Shown piece after piece: positions 35,986 to 50,290 of a DNA stretch of 64,000 nt. Under the pieces are notes generated by a model that worked only from the letters and a program-made list of their open reading frames with translations, was not told the DNA's origin and ran no database searches. Every line of letters begins with the position of its first letter. Position 1 is the stretch's first letter. The translations under genes were made by a program, and so were the position numbers. This DNA comes from Geosiphon pyriformis uo1 (Eukaryota > Fungi > Glomeromycota), in assembly GCA_016748015.1 (NCBI GenBank), contig JAAOMT010000633.1, positions 28,196-92,195 on the forward strand, given 5' to 3'.

Positions 35986-38956
35986 ATCTAGACAACTACC
36001 TCTACATATATTTTATACAGCACTACTACTCAATGCCAGCCAAACTATTATTGACCAAAATTAATTTGCATCAATTGTGACAAGAAATTGTTAACAATAG
36101 GTGCATATTATGGCAATAATAAGAAATGACTAATAGTTACCAAATACTATTGCTACTTATATATTTTTGAATGCTTTAGACAACTAAAAAAACAAGGAAA
36201 ATAAGACAACAAACCATGTCTTGCTTATGGGAAAACTCTTTTAGACAAAGAAATATGAAATGACATTTCTGGTCATAAAGAAATATGTAATAAATTGTAT
36301 TAATATATGATTCTGATTAACAATTAAATAAGAAAAAAAATACCCATAAATGCTGTTTGAAAAAGAGCTGTAAAATGACTGGATAGTTGTTCATACTATA
36401 ATGACAAAATATGGAAAATAGCAATCACCAAAATCGAAGATGTAACATCAAAAAAATAAAAATAATAAAAAACAACTCACCAAAACCAAAAGAGATCATT
36501 TGGGTCCCAAATTCAAATATTATTCTTAATATAATGAATTTTGAACAATTCCATAAACACTACCAAGAATTAGCACTTATTAAGGAAGAATAAGAACAAC
36601 ATTTAGAAAAGCTAAATACTTAACTTTGTGACTACTGTTTAATATTATGTAACTTTTAATATTGTAATAAGTGTGATCTCATTTACAATCCACTACTATA
36701 TATAATCTACATAATTCCCAAAGAGGAAAAACCAATCAACAATTGTGTCTCAGAATCAGAATTGAAGTTCAAGCCCAATTCAAACTCTAATAATGATAAC
36801 AAAAACAATAGTTTCAGCTCAGTCCAAAATAACAATACTGATAACAATAATTCAAACTCCAATTCAAACTTAGAATTATACATTGCACTTCCTAGATCTA
36901 GTTTAGCAAAAAAAGAAATCAACATTAGAAAAAGAATAATTGATACAGAATATATAAAAAATATTATTGCAATGCTACAAAATGACTCAGAAAAAGAATA
37001 TATCATTAAATCAAATAAGAAGATAGCACAAGCAATATTCTTATCTCTAGTGAAAATAGCTTAATTAGTGCTAATAGAAAAAAGGAAAGAATTAGGAATA
37101 ACAGCAAAAGAGATAAGTGGATTTAGATCCATAAGGTGAATAGACATACTAATTAATATGACAGAGGAAAAAATTATTAACAAAAAAAAATTATCTTCAC
37201 CTGTCAATTAATTTTCATTCTGTTATATGGCCAATACATATTAATCATAAAAAAGAAAGTAAAAGATCAGACTTAAATTTTTGAAATAGAAACTACAATT
37301 TGTAAATCAGGAAAAATTGGACTTACTAATCTTTACATACTAGCCAAAAGCTCTAAACACATAAAAATTTTTATTTACAATACAACAGGAAAGATTATTG
37401 AAATATTAAGCAAAACTATCATTGAATACTTAAGCACCGAAGTTGAAAACCAACCATCAAGCACTATTCCAAATTTTTCACAACTTTGCTAATATGTGGA
37501 TATCACATCACAAATAATATACAGACAAAAATAATGTTATTTGCTCCAACCAGAACAATTAAAACAAATAAACTTGAAAAACTTAAACCTACTCCAACAG
37601 ATGCAGCTCAAAATATTGCTTAACAATTTTACTGATATCTTTGCCAGTAAAAATAAATTCAGCAGAACCAACATTATACAACATCAAATCAAAACTGGAG
37701 ACATAATACCAATCAAACAATGAGCATACTGAGTGCCACCAGCCAGCCATAAAATCATCTGACAAGAAATTAACAGAATGTTGAACAATGAATTAATTCA
37801 ATTATCAATAAGTTTATGGTCATTACTGGTAGTACTAATCCATAAAAAATTCACTTTTGTGTAAATTATAGAAAACTCAATGATATAACTTGTAAAAACA
37901 GCTATCCCACTCCACAAATTCAAGAATTATTTGATGCTTTTGAAAGAAAAAAATGGTTTTTTACTTTAGACTTGAATAATAGTTACTGGCAGATAGCTAT
38001 GAATCCAGTTAACAAAAAGAAAACTGTGTTTACTACCAGAGAAAAAAATTTCGAATTTGAAATCATGCCATTCAGTTTTACCAATGCTCCAGCCACATTT
38101 TAATGACTGATAGAAATTGTTTATACCAGACTGCTATAGAAAACAATAGTTGTATATTTGAATAACACCAATGTGTTCTCAAGAACATTTAATAATTATT
38201 TGTATCATCTCTAGTAAGTGTTTAAAAGATTGCAAAGAGCAAGATTAAAACTAAATGCAACCAAATGCTTTTTTGGCAAAACAGAATTAAAATTTTTAGG
38301 ACATATTGTAAACAAAAATGGCATTAAGACAGATTTAAACAAGATTGAGATTGTTAAAAACTTTTCAGTATTAACCAATATGACAGAACTACAAACATTC
38401 TTGGAATTTACGGAATATTACTGTTATTTTATCCAAAACTTCTCCAAACTGGCTCAACCACTCTACTAGCTTCAAGCCAAAAATGTAAAATATAAATAGA
38501 ATAAAACACAACAAAAAGCTTTTGACACTTTAAGAAAAAAGCTCATTTAAGCACTAGTATTAATTTATTTAGATCACAACAAACCATTCATTATTACCAC
38601 TAATGTATCTGGTCAAACATTGGGAGCTGTACTATTTCAGAGAGAACCAGATGGACAAAAACATTCAGTAATATACACCAATTGAAGTTTGAGTCCAGCT
38701 GAAAAGAACTATGAAACACTGGCACTAAAACACTTAGCTATCTATTGGGCAGTCATGAAATAAAAGGAATATTTAAGCCAGAAATTCAATATATACTGAT
38801 TACAAAAGATTAACATCAATTTAAAAGTAAAAATTTGGAGATAACTACCACACCAGATAAAAAATAAAACTTTCACTATTCAAATATATAGTACATTATA
38901 AAAAGAGAAAAGAAAACAAAAATGCTAACAGCTTATTATAAATGAGACAAATCTAA
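34332..38956 (+). pseudogene. gag-pol: D gag-pol remnant with internal deletions
   Basis: Degenerate protease (LIFNNGLANSII), partial dUTPase (RSSLAKK), RT (KCFFGKTELKFLGH); ends MRQI*. Confidence 0.85.
35921..35983 (+). repeat. Poly(A) run, 63 nt
   Basis: Uninterrupted A tract inside D. Confidence 0.95.
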
Positions 38957-38986
38957 CAACATTTCAACCCAAAAATATAACAAAAG

Positions 38987-39488
38987 ATGAATACACAAAA
39001 ATATCAACAACTTTAGCAATATATTAATACTCAAGAGTTTAAGAAAAAATTATCTCAAAAAAAACAAAACAACATAAAACAACAATCAAAATATTTTATT
39101 ACTTAACAAAATATACTATATTAGAAAAACAGAAAAAATTCAGATTAATTACTCAGAGTAATCACAGAATCAGAGAAAAAAACAATACTATATAACATGT
39201 ACTTAGATTCAACAACAGAACATTTTTATAAAGAAGCAACTATAAAAAAAACTAAGAAAAGATATTATTGGCCATCAATGTATTCAGACATTATCTAATA
39301 TATTCAAAATTGTGATGCTTGTCAAGGAAAAAAAGAAACAAGATCCAGCAAACTATTAAGACCAATTAAAGTGAGACAAATATTTAATAAAATTGGAATT
39401 GACTTAGTTGAACTATAAACAATAACCAACAAAGGCAATTAGTATATAGCAGTAGCTATGAACTATCTTATAAAATAACCAAAGGCAA
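38987..39488 (+). pseudogene. int: D integrase N-terminal part
   Basis: MNTQKY start, CDAC, IGIDLV. Confidence 0.85.
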
Positions 39489-40284
39489 TGTTACTCATAG
39501 AATATAAGAAACATATATTAGAATAAATTAGCCAATAGTAAATATGAAATTCCAGGATTTTTCTCAAAAAGAATTCCAGAAATTTCAGGATTCTCATATA
39601 AGAAATCACAGGATTCCTGGTGTGAGGAATTAAGGAATTGAGGAATCAAAGAATCTTAATTATATATATATAGCAGTAGTATTAGAAAGAGAAAAAAACA
39701 GAATTTTTTTAGTTAGAGACCTTTCAGTTTAGATCTGATCTAAGCAATCTTCTATTCACAAATATCAATAAATAATTATTCACTATTTCAATCTATTCTT
39801 CACTATCAACACTTCATGTTGATAGTAATTGATACTTAACTACACAGAAACAATAGCTCTTAATTATGGCTATTAACAGGATACTAACTTGCAATTGCTT
39901 TTGTTTATTTCTTTATCTTCTTTTATTTTCTTTATTTCCTTTGTATTTTTTGTTGATTGACTAATTGATTAAAAATTAAAGCACTGAATTACAGATGTCA
40001 TAGAAACTAGTAAAAAACCTGTGAAACAAGGGTAGGACATTTATAGATTTGAGAATAGTTTACCAGGAGGATTACTGGTCACCATGCTGAGAAAAAAATT
40101 TGATAGAATTGCAATTCTGGGAGGCTACTGAAACAACTATTAAATCTCTGTTCATTATACAAAAAACTCTACAACAAAACCTTCAGATCAATTAAACCTT
40201 CAGAGATCAACACCAGAATACCAACCAAGCACCAAGTTACGGATTTATTATTGGTTTTGAGACCCCAAATAAACATCTGTAACA
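39489..40284 (+). repeat. E 5' LTR
   Basis: TGTTAC...GTAACA followed by the PBS TGCTGCTCCTTGTAAGG (40287-40303). Confidence 0.93.
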
Positions 40285-40364
40285 TTTGCTGCTCCTTGTA
40301 AGGTATAATTCTACAGAGAACCAGCACCAACAACAATCATCCAAAAGTGACAGAATCAAAAATC

Positions 40365-43300
40365 ATAGAAGCAAATCATTTAAGATTTGCCAAATCCTTG
40401 TTTTAACAGTACAGCCAACAATTAGGATTAAACAATAACCACTTCCCAACAGAATCAGTCTTTAACTTCTATGTCAATAATAAAATCACAAACTGCTTAG
40501 AAGAAATAGTTGATATTGAATTCGTAAGAGAAAACTTTTATACAGAATTATTTCAACACACCAGCTTACCAAAAAACTACAGTTTCACACCAATTATCAG
40601 AGAAATCAATTAAACCATTGAAAGGTATACACAACAACAATTTTTTATCACCTACACAAACAAAGGCAAAGGAAGATTGCAAACACCAGCAGTAACACCA
40701 AAACAAATACAACCACCCACTTGGAAGAAAACCAGAATTGAATCACTAACAAATCCAATATACCACTATACACCCAGAAGTGTCATTAACATCTTATTAA
40801 CAGATGTGTCCACATTACGCACAACATCAACATTTGAATGACTCTTATTTCAAAATAAACAAAAGAAAGCAGAATTACTAGAAACCTATGGCAATTATTT
40901 TGAAGGATTTAAATTGTGATCGCCAATGCCATCAGGATTCTGATCACCATCACTTCAATTTGATTTCAGAAATGCAAGTCTCTGGGAGATAATGGAATCA
41001 GAAAAAAAAGAAAAAAAAGAAGCCAAAGATCAAGAATTTACTTACCAAAACCCAATTTTAAAAAACTTGAACATTAAAGCCCCGAACTTTCAGATTCAGC
41101 AAGATCCAAATTTAGAAAATCCAGAAGTTGAAACTCCAAATTTTCAAACTCAGCAAAATTGGAACAATCAAAACCCCAGCATTAATAATCAACAACACTT
41201 ACCCCCAGTAATCATCATCGATCAACTACCAATTGAACCAATTATTGAACCAATTTAATAGCAACCACTTCAACCACCCCAACAATCACAACAGCCACTG
41301 CAACAGCCATAACCACTACTTCAACAACAGCAACAACAATTCATGGCATTTGCACCAATTGCAAAATTGGAAAAATTCACCAGCAAAAAAGACAATGTCC
41401 AGGTGTGAATCAATGACATCACCAAAGCAATTATGGCAAATAACTGGAATGACAACAGAGTCTTCCAAGCAATTCTATACTTTTTTCAAGATACTGCCAA
41501 CTCATGATATCAAAGTTTAGCCACCAAACCTTAAACATTCCAAAAATTCAGAGTTGTATTCTTGGGATACTTCAGTAATAATAACAGTATTAATTATCTA
41601 ACCAACATCTTCATCACAATTAAACAGGGAGAAACTAAAGCAGTTACCATTTACTTGGGATGTTTCCACAGGAATTTGCACCAAATTCAAGCAATCTAAG
41701 CTAACTATTTTACAGCATCACAGATTCTAAACCAGTTCATCCATAGACTGTGCAGTAGTCTTCTTCAATGCATATGCCCAATGCACCCACAAACTTTCCA
41801 GAACACAGTCATCAATGTAAAAGATTTTGAATTGGCAGAACTTAAAACAAACCATGCCCAAGCCATTAACCTGGTCATAAATAGATTATCTGACTTGGAT
41901 TCCAAATTGAAACAGCTTAGTGATTCAATTAATCAGAAATTGGAAGGATACTTAATTGACAATTATGCAATTTATTAGCCATCTCAATAATGTAATAATT
42001 CTGGAAGCATAAATCGCCCACTAAATCAGTTGTGTCCATCATCTTTAACCAATCAGATATGACAGCAAAAGATGCATGTTTGCCATTATTGTGGTAAACA
42101 AAAACATTTGAGAATTGACTGTAGGTTAAAACTAGATAACTAACAATCGGAAAATCAATATCAAAACTCTAATCACAGGTTTCAGATTACAAATTATCAA
42201 TCAAACCCAAAACTGTATCAACCAAATAACCTACTTATAACACAACAGCCAATTTATTAACCACCAGTTTATCAGCCAACAACACCAGTAATCTATCAAC
42301 CACAGTCCCAGTTTATCTATCAGCCACAGCCTCAAGTAATCTATCAACCCCAACAAATTCAAACACTGCCACAAAACTTACCTCAAAACAGAACCCAAAG
42401 GCCAAGACTGACACAACAGAGCTGAAGATCGTTAATAATAGTCCATCAACTGATTTCCAGTTTCTCAAACCAGCCATCAGGATCTCGACAATAAAATTTA
42501 GGCACTGGGTATATCCAAAACCCAAATGCTCAACAGTATTTAAGTCTTCTGATTACACCAGAAGATGCCTCACCCAACAATCAGGAATCCAAACAGAAGT
42601 AGCTGCTTACCAGTAATATTCCACCAGCAATCATCTCCAATGAAGATATTCCTAGCAGCTATTTTTCCTTTTGAACTAAAAAAAACCACACCAGTCTCAT
42701 TATTCAGTGAAGCTGCTCTTGACACCAAACCAATCACTGTCATATACATTGATGTGAAAGTTGATAGTCATGCCATCAAACTAATTCTAGACAGTAGATC
42801 AGCTGGCAGCATCATTACATGACAACTCATAAACTAATTAGGTTGCCGAGTTGATCACACTGCCAGTACATACATAATCACTGTTGATGGAGCAACTAAA
42901 ACTCCAATCAGCAAGATTAATGACTTTTCTATAGAGATCAATAGCATTATTGTACCAATCAAAGTATTATTTATGGAGACTACCCAATAGCAAGCACTCA
43001 TTGATAATGATTGGCTGTTTAAAGCCAACACAATGCTTGATTAGAACACCTAAGAGCTCCAGATTAGTCAAAACAGTTAACATCTATGTGTACCAGCCAT
43101 GTGTGGCCACTTCAAGTCTATCAACATAATATTAGCTCCACTCATCAAGTTTGAAGAAAAGGAAAAGAAACCTACCTGGGAAGCCTACCAAGTCTCCTAG
43201 ACTGACACAGAACACAACAAACTACTGCCAATATTATCATAGAATGACAAAAGAAAGGAAAGAAGAGAAGAAGAACTTACTGGAAAAACCAACCAAAGTT

Positions 43301-46300
43301 ATTGGGACAGTAATAGTCAAAGCAAGCAGGCACCAATTTGGACTTGGGAAGAGAAGAGAAAAGAAAAAGAAGAAGGACCAAAACCAGTTACTACTCCAAC
43401 ATATATTTTATATACTTACTCTCAACCACCACAATTATATTATTGTCAACCAAAGCTCATATGTGTTGATTGTGGTAAAAAATTGTCATCAATAAGTGCA
43501 TACTATAGTAACAATGAGAAATACCTAACAGCAACTAAATTTTATTACCATCTATGCATCATTGAACACTTTGAAAGACCAAAACAAGTTGGAAAATGGG
43601 ATAATGAGCTGTGCTTGGCTTGTGGTAAAACTTTTCTTGATGAAGAAATATGAAATAACATTTTTGGAAAAGAAAAACATGCGATGAATTGTGTCAGTAC
43701 ACAATTTTCATAAGTGACTGAGTAAGAAAAGGAATGCCCATAGACACTGCCTAGAGATGAGCAGTCAAATGCTTGAACAAATATTCACATAATGATGACA
43801 AAATTTGGTGAATAGCTCTTGTCAAAATTAAAGAAGTGTCACCAAAAGAAATAAAGATAATCAAAAATAACTCTTCTGAGCCCATAGAATTTGACTGAGA
43901 CTCAGAACCAGTTATAAACCTCCTAAATTCAGAACAATTTCATGAACACTATCAGGAATTAGCACCTACTAGAAAAGAACAAGAGCAATGGTTGGAAGAA
44001 ATAAATACAAGACTATGTGACTATTGTTTAATCCCATGTAACTTTCAATATTGTAATGAGTGTGATCTCATTTACAATCCACCAATTCACATGATTTACA
44101 CGATCCCAAAAGAGGAGAAACCAATTAGCAGCTGTGCATTAGAATTGAAATCAGCTTTCAATCCCAATTCAAACTCCAACAATAACAACAATGAAAACAA
44201 TAGTTCTAGCTCTGCTCAATATGACAATAGAAAATATAGCAATTTGAACTCTGATTTAAAACCCAAAACATACATTGCACTCCCTGATCTCACCAAAGAA
44301 CAGGAACTTAAATGGTTTAGTGATAATAATAAAGGTATTATGCCAGAATACACACATGATACTGATACAAGGTTTGATCTGAGATATTTGGAAAAAAATT
44401 CCATCAAATTAGAACTCTATTTGCACACCTGCCTTAATCTCAAAATAACACTGGAAATTCTAGCAACAACAATGGTTCAGTTAGCATCTAGGAGTAGTTT
44501 AGCCAAAAAGAAAATCAACATCAGAAGAAGAATAATTGATGCAGAATACATAAGAAATATTATTGCAATGCTACAAAATAACTCAGAAAAGACATATATC
44601 ATAGATCTAAATAAAAAAATAGCACAAACAATATTCCTGCCTCTGGTTAAAATAGCTCAATTAGTATTAGTGAGAAACAAGAAAGAATTAAAGATCACAG
44701 CTAAAAAAATACAGGGATTTGGATCCACAAGTAGAATAAATGTACCAGTTAATATGGCAGAGAAAGAAATTATTGACAAGAAAGAAATTATTTCCACCCA
44801 TCAACCAATTTCTATTCTATTATATGACCAGTACATGGTAGTCATAGAAAGAAAAGTAAAAGATCAGATACAGATTTTTGAAGTAGAAGCAACACTTTGT
44901 GAATCAGAAAAGATCGGATTAGTCAATTTAGACATACCAGTCAAAAACCACAGCCACATTAAAATCTCTATTTACAACAATACAGGAGACATTATCAAGA
45001 TACCCGAAAAAACCACCATTAGATACTTGACCACAGAAATTGAAGACCAATTCTTAGACACCATTCTAGACTTTTCACAACTGTGTGGATATGTAGATAT
45101 CACATCTCAAACCATATACAGATAAAAAAAATGTTATTTGCTCCAATCAATACAATTAAAACAAATGAACATAGGAAACTTAGATCCATTACAACATCAA
45201 ATTAAGACTAGAAATATAATGCCAATTAAACAGAGAGCATATAGAGTACTATCAGCTAGCCATAAAATTATTTGTTAAGAAATCAATCAGATGCTTGACA
45301 ATGAGCTAATTCAGCCATCAATGAGTCCATGGTTATTATTAGTGGTACTAATCCAAAAGAAGAATGGGAAAATCTGCTTTTGTGTAGATTACCAGAAGTT
45401 AAATGGAGTAACCAAAGGAGATAGCTATCCAATACCAAAGATCCAAGAGCTGTTTAATACTTTTGGAGGAAAGAAATGGTTTTCAACATTAAACTTAGAC
45501 AGTGGTTACTGGCAAGTAGCCATGAAACCAGAAGACAAAGAAAAAACAGCTTTTACAACTCAAGAAAAAAATTTTGAATTTAAAGTAATGTTATTTGGCT
45601 TGATGAATGCTCCAGCAACATTCCGATGGCTCATGTAAATTGTTTATACTAGATTACTGTGGAAATCAGTAGTTGTTTACTTAGATGACACCAATGTGTT
45701 CTTAGAGACATTTGATGATCATTTGCATTATTTCTAACAAATGTTTGAAAGATTGAGAAGAACCGAATTAAAATTAAATGTGACCAAGTGTTTTTTTAGC
45801 AAAACAGAGTTGAAATTTTTAGGACATGTCATAAGCAAAGATGGCATTAAAATGGATCCAGATAAAATTGCAATAGTAAAAAACTTTTTAGTACCAACTA
45901 ACTTAACAGAACTGAGAGCATTTTTGGAATTTACTAGATATTATTGCCATTTCATTAAAGATTTTTCTAAACTGGCCTAGCCACTTCATCACTTACAAAC
46001 TAAAAATATAAAGTATAAATAAACAGAAGCTCAATAAAAAGCATTTGACACACTAAAAAGAAAGCTTATTCAAGCTTTAGTGTTGATGTATCCAGATTAC
46101 AACAAACTATTCATTATCAGCACTGATATATTAGGCCAGATATTGAGAGCAGTACTATCACAGAAAAGACCAGATGGAAGAGAACATCCAGTAGCTTATG
46201 CCAGTAGAAGCATAAGTCCAGTAGAAAAAAACTATAATACTCCAGCACTAGAACACTTAGCTATCTATTGGGCTGTTATCAAGTAAAAAGAATACTTGAG

Positions 46301-46481
46301 TCAAAAGTTTGATGTGTATACTGATCACAAAGAATTGACTTCAATCCAGAAGCAAAAATTTGGAAACAATTGCTATGCCAGATGAAAAATAGAACTTTCA
46401 CTATTCAATTATACAGTACATTATAAAAAGAGAAAAGACAATGGAAATGCTAATGGTTTGTTGCAAATAAGACAAATCTAA
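40365..46481 (+). pseudogene. gag-pol: E gag-PR-Cys-rich-dUTPase-RT-RNase H polyprotein (decayed)
   Basis: CHYCGKQKH, LILDSRSAGS, ORF 43992-45125 with dUTPase motifs, YLDD, HPVAYASR; ends IRQI*. Confidence 0.92.
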
Positions 46482-46513
46482 AAAAACATTTTAACTCGAA
46501 AATATAACAAAAC

Positions 46514-47928
46514 ATGAATATACAAAAATACCAACAACTCCAATATTATATAAATACTTAATTGTTTAAGAAGAAATTATTTCAAAAAGAATAAAACAAC
46601 ATAAAACAGCAATCAAAATATTTTATCAACCATCAAAATATACTTTACCAAAAGAACAAAAGAAATTCAGATCAATTAACCAAAGTAATTACAGAACCAG
46701 AAAAAAGGACAATATTATTTAACATGTACTCAGATCCAACAGCAGGACATTTTCATAAAAAAGCAACTATAAAAAGAACCAAAAAGAGATATTATTGGCC
46801 ATCAATGTATTCAGACATCATCCAATATGTTCAAAAATGTGATGCTTTGTCAGAGAAGAGGTAGAACAAAACCCAGTAAACCATTAAGACTAATTAAAGT
46901 GAGACAACCATTTGATTGCATTAAAATTGACTTAGTCGGATCATTAACAATTACTAGTAAAGGCAACAGATATATTGCAGTAGCTATGGACTATTTTACC
47001 AAATGGCCAGAAGCAAAAGCCATTCAAAGAGCAAATGCAAAATCCATTGCTGAATTTGTTTATTAAGATTTGATCTGTCAACATAGATGTCCAAAAGAAC
47101 TATTATCAGATCAAGGAACACACTTTGTGAATAGAACATTGACAGAATTAAGTCAAAGATTTGGGATAAAAAGACCATTATTATTACCATACCATTTACA
47201 AACAAATGGGCTAGTTGAAAAGTTTAACAGAACATTGTGTGAAGCCATTGCCAAAATCAGCCAAGAAAACCAGAATGAATGAGATTTGTTTATACCATCA
47301 GTATTATTTGCTTAACAGACAATAAAACAGGACACTACATAAACAACACCATTTGAATTAGTATATGGTAGAACAGCAATATTACCAGTTAAGATAGAAG
47401 TCAATATTTATCTAACAGAACCAATAATGGAAAACAATTTTCAAGAAACGTTGCTAAGAAGAACATATGAATTAATGGAAACACTAGAAAACAAATGGTA
47501 AAAAGCAGTTGATAACATTCAAAAGTTATAAGAAAAACAAAAAAAAAGACATGATAACCAACTACCAGATAAACTAGTTGAATTCAAGATTGAAAACAAA
47601 ATACTTTTATATCATATCAAAGCGGAAAAACAATGGAGTGAAAATTTGACCCCAAATGAGACAGATTATTTCACATAGAAGAAATTCTTGGAAATGGAGC
47701 TTACAAATTAAGATTAAACAACAAAATCTTAATCAAAGCAGCACATAGTAATTGACTGAAACCATATTATCATATAGTGTTACTAACCACTAGTAATATT
47801 TTACAATTAGGAGTACAGAGAATACTAGTCCAACCAAATAAAATTCTACAAGATCTGAAACCAATCATACTCATTAGACCAAACACGTAAAATTGAACAA
47901 TAAAAAGAGGATATAAAAAACATGGTAG
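46514..47928 (+). pseudogene. int: E integrase ORF
   Basis: MNIQKY start, DYFTKWPEA, SDQGTHF, QTNGLVEKFN. Confidence 0.9.
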
Positions 47929-48590
47929 ACACAACAGAAAACTTCAGAAAAATAGAAATCACTGACAACATCCACTCATTGGCACAACAAATCTTCCAAT
48001 TGATTGAACAACCGAATATGAAAATTACTATCAATCAACAAACTATTAGATACTAAGATACCAAAAAGATACCCAAATACAAAAGTCAAAGAAAAACAGA
48101 AAACACTATTAACAAAATGGTTCTAAAAATAAAATTAGCAATAAAAGAACCAACAATTGTCACCACATATCAAGAGTTGACTAAAGAAACTTAGAAATGG
48201 TAGATACACAAATTTCCAAGAAACTTTTGTTATTTTTATTTGGAACAACACTTAAATATTCAGAACTTATACACAGATAAAACAAAATGATTATTTAACA
48301 CAACAATATTGCAACAACTAGAACAATTTGTGGGCAAAAACAATCTAACAACACAAGCAAGAGCTATCTATTGATTACATGCTAGATTCCAAGACAGACC
48401 AGAAATTTTACTCAATTCAAAAATGGACTCTATTACAGTTAATTAAATGAGAAAAATAACCAACACCCAATTTGAAAAAATACAGAACAAAATAACTTAA
48501 GTAATTCTTAAAAAAGAAGTTCAGGAAATACTCAAAGACAGAGAATTAAAGTTAAGAGATTTGGGAGATTTTGATGGAGCTCAATATTAA
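47922..48590 (+). pseudogene. E ORF3, unknown protein (decayed)
   Basis: MVDTTENFRKIEITDNIHSLAQQ...NFCYFYLEQH...FDGAQY*; 669 bp. Confidence 0.75.
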
Positions 48591-48604
48591 AAAAGAAGGA
48601 ATAA

Positions 48605-49261
48605 TATTACTTATAGAATATAGAAAATATATATTAGCATAAATTAGCCAATCAGAAATAACCATAGTAAATATAGAATTCCAGGATTCTTTTCAAGAGG
48701 AATTGTAGGATTCCAGGAATTTCAGGATTCTCGTATAAAGAATTACAGGATTCTAGAATTCCAGGATTCCTCTCAAAAGAAATTGCAAGATTTCAGAAAT
48801 TTCAAGATTTTTGGTGTGAAGAATTGAGGAATCAAAAAATCTCAATTATGTATATATAGCAGTAGTATTAGAAGGAGAAAAAAACAGAATTCTTTTAGTT
48901 AGAGACCTCCCAGTTTAGATCTAAACTAAGCAACCTTCTATTCACAAATATCAATAAATAATTATTTACTATCTCAATCTACTTTTTACTATCAACACTT
49001 TATGTTGATAGTAATTGATACTTAACTATACAGGAATAATAGCTCTTGATTATGGCTATTGATAGGATACTAACTTGCAATTGCTTTTGTTTATTTTTTT
49101 ATCTTTTTTTATTTTCTTTATTTCCTTTGAATTTTTTGTTGGTTGACTAATTAATTAAAGATTAAAGCACTGAGTTACAGACATCATAGGGGGTAAAAAA
49201 CCTGTAAAACAAAGGTAGGACATTCATAGATTTGAGAATAGCTTACCAGAAGAATTACTGG
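48605..49261 (+). repeat. E 3' LTR, left part
   Basis: Matches the E 5' LTR; preceded by the PPT AAAAGAAGGAATAA. Confidence 0.92.
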
Positions 49262-50245
49262 TGTTACCAGACGAAATTAGAGATATTATTTAGCATGAAA
49301 TTATCTTTATAATTCCCATCATTAATTAACACATATTATCGTTTTAAATTATCACTTATTACATTAGCAAAATATCCAAAATTATCATTTAATTAATAAC
49401 CCAATTTGTATTTAACACAAATGTAACCCAAGTGTGATGATCAATTATACAATACTCTGAACTATGTAACATTCAAAAAGTTTGCCAAAATTTGTAAAAA
49501 TTTGCCAAAATAATTGATAGTTCACCGAAATATCTAATAGTTCACAGAAATAACTTGTAGTTCACTGAAATGTATCTTTAGTTCAGCAAAATTGTAGAAA
49601 ATAGCAAAGTTCGAGTCCATAGAATAGTGTTATAACAAGTTGTATAAAAGAAGAGCTTTTCTCTTCAAAAAAATGTATCTTACTTTAGATTTAATAATTA
49701 GAATCATCTTTTATACACAAAAACAAAATAAATATCAAATAAATTCGAAAAGCCAAATTCTTAATTACTTCCTTTGAAATTAACCAATTTCTACTAACAG
49801 TTAAAATTAATTAGCTACCAATTTCAGTAGACTGTTAAAACACTTTCAGACCTGGATCCGAAACAACTTCCATAAATCATCAGTTTTACTTTTTTTTTTA
49901 CATTTCTTTTATTCTCTTTCTTTTCTTATTAGAAATCATTTGGGTAGTCTATGGACAAAAATTCCTGTAGAAGAGTTGACTTTCACAGCAAAGTAACTAC
50001 ACATTTTAGTAAGCTTCTAAACGAGCAATTTCTGGGAAAGAGTTGATATTTACTACAACATAACTATACAAAGTAACTGGCATGGAATTGGCCATTCCAC
50101 TTATAAGTCCAGCAGTTCAAATTATAGGAGATAATTTGAAGATAAATTCGGTTACTGGAGGTTCAACCACATTCAGAAAACGTGAATTCACAGCAAACGG
50201 GCATTAACAACATTTAAGAAAAGAGACCAAAAACCTCCAGTAACA
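49262..50245 (+). repeat. F 5' LTR
   Basis: TGTTAC...GTAACA; four U3 repeats of AGTTCA(C)CGAAAT type; PBS TGGTGCTCTCCC at 50248. Confidence 0.95.
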
Positions 50246-50290
50246 TTTGGTGCTCTCCCATAGAAACAACACAGTAAAAACAAATTTGAA

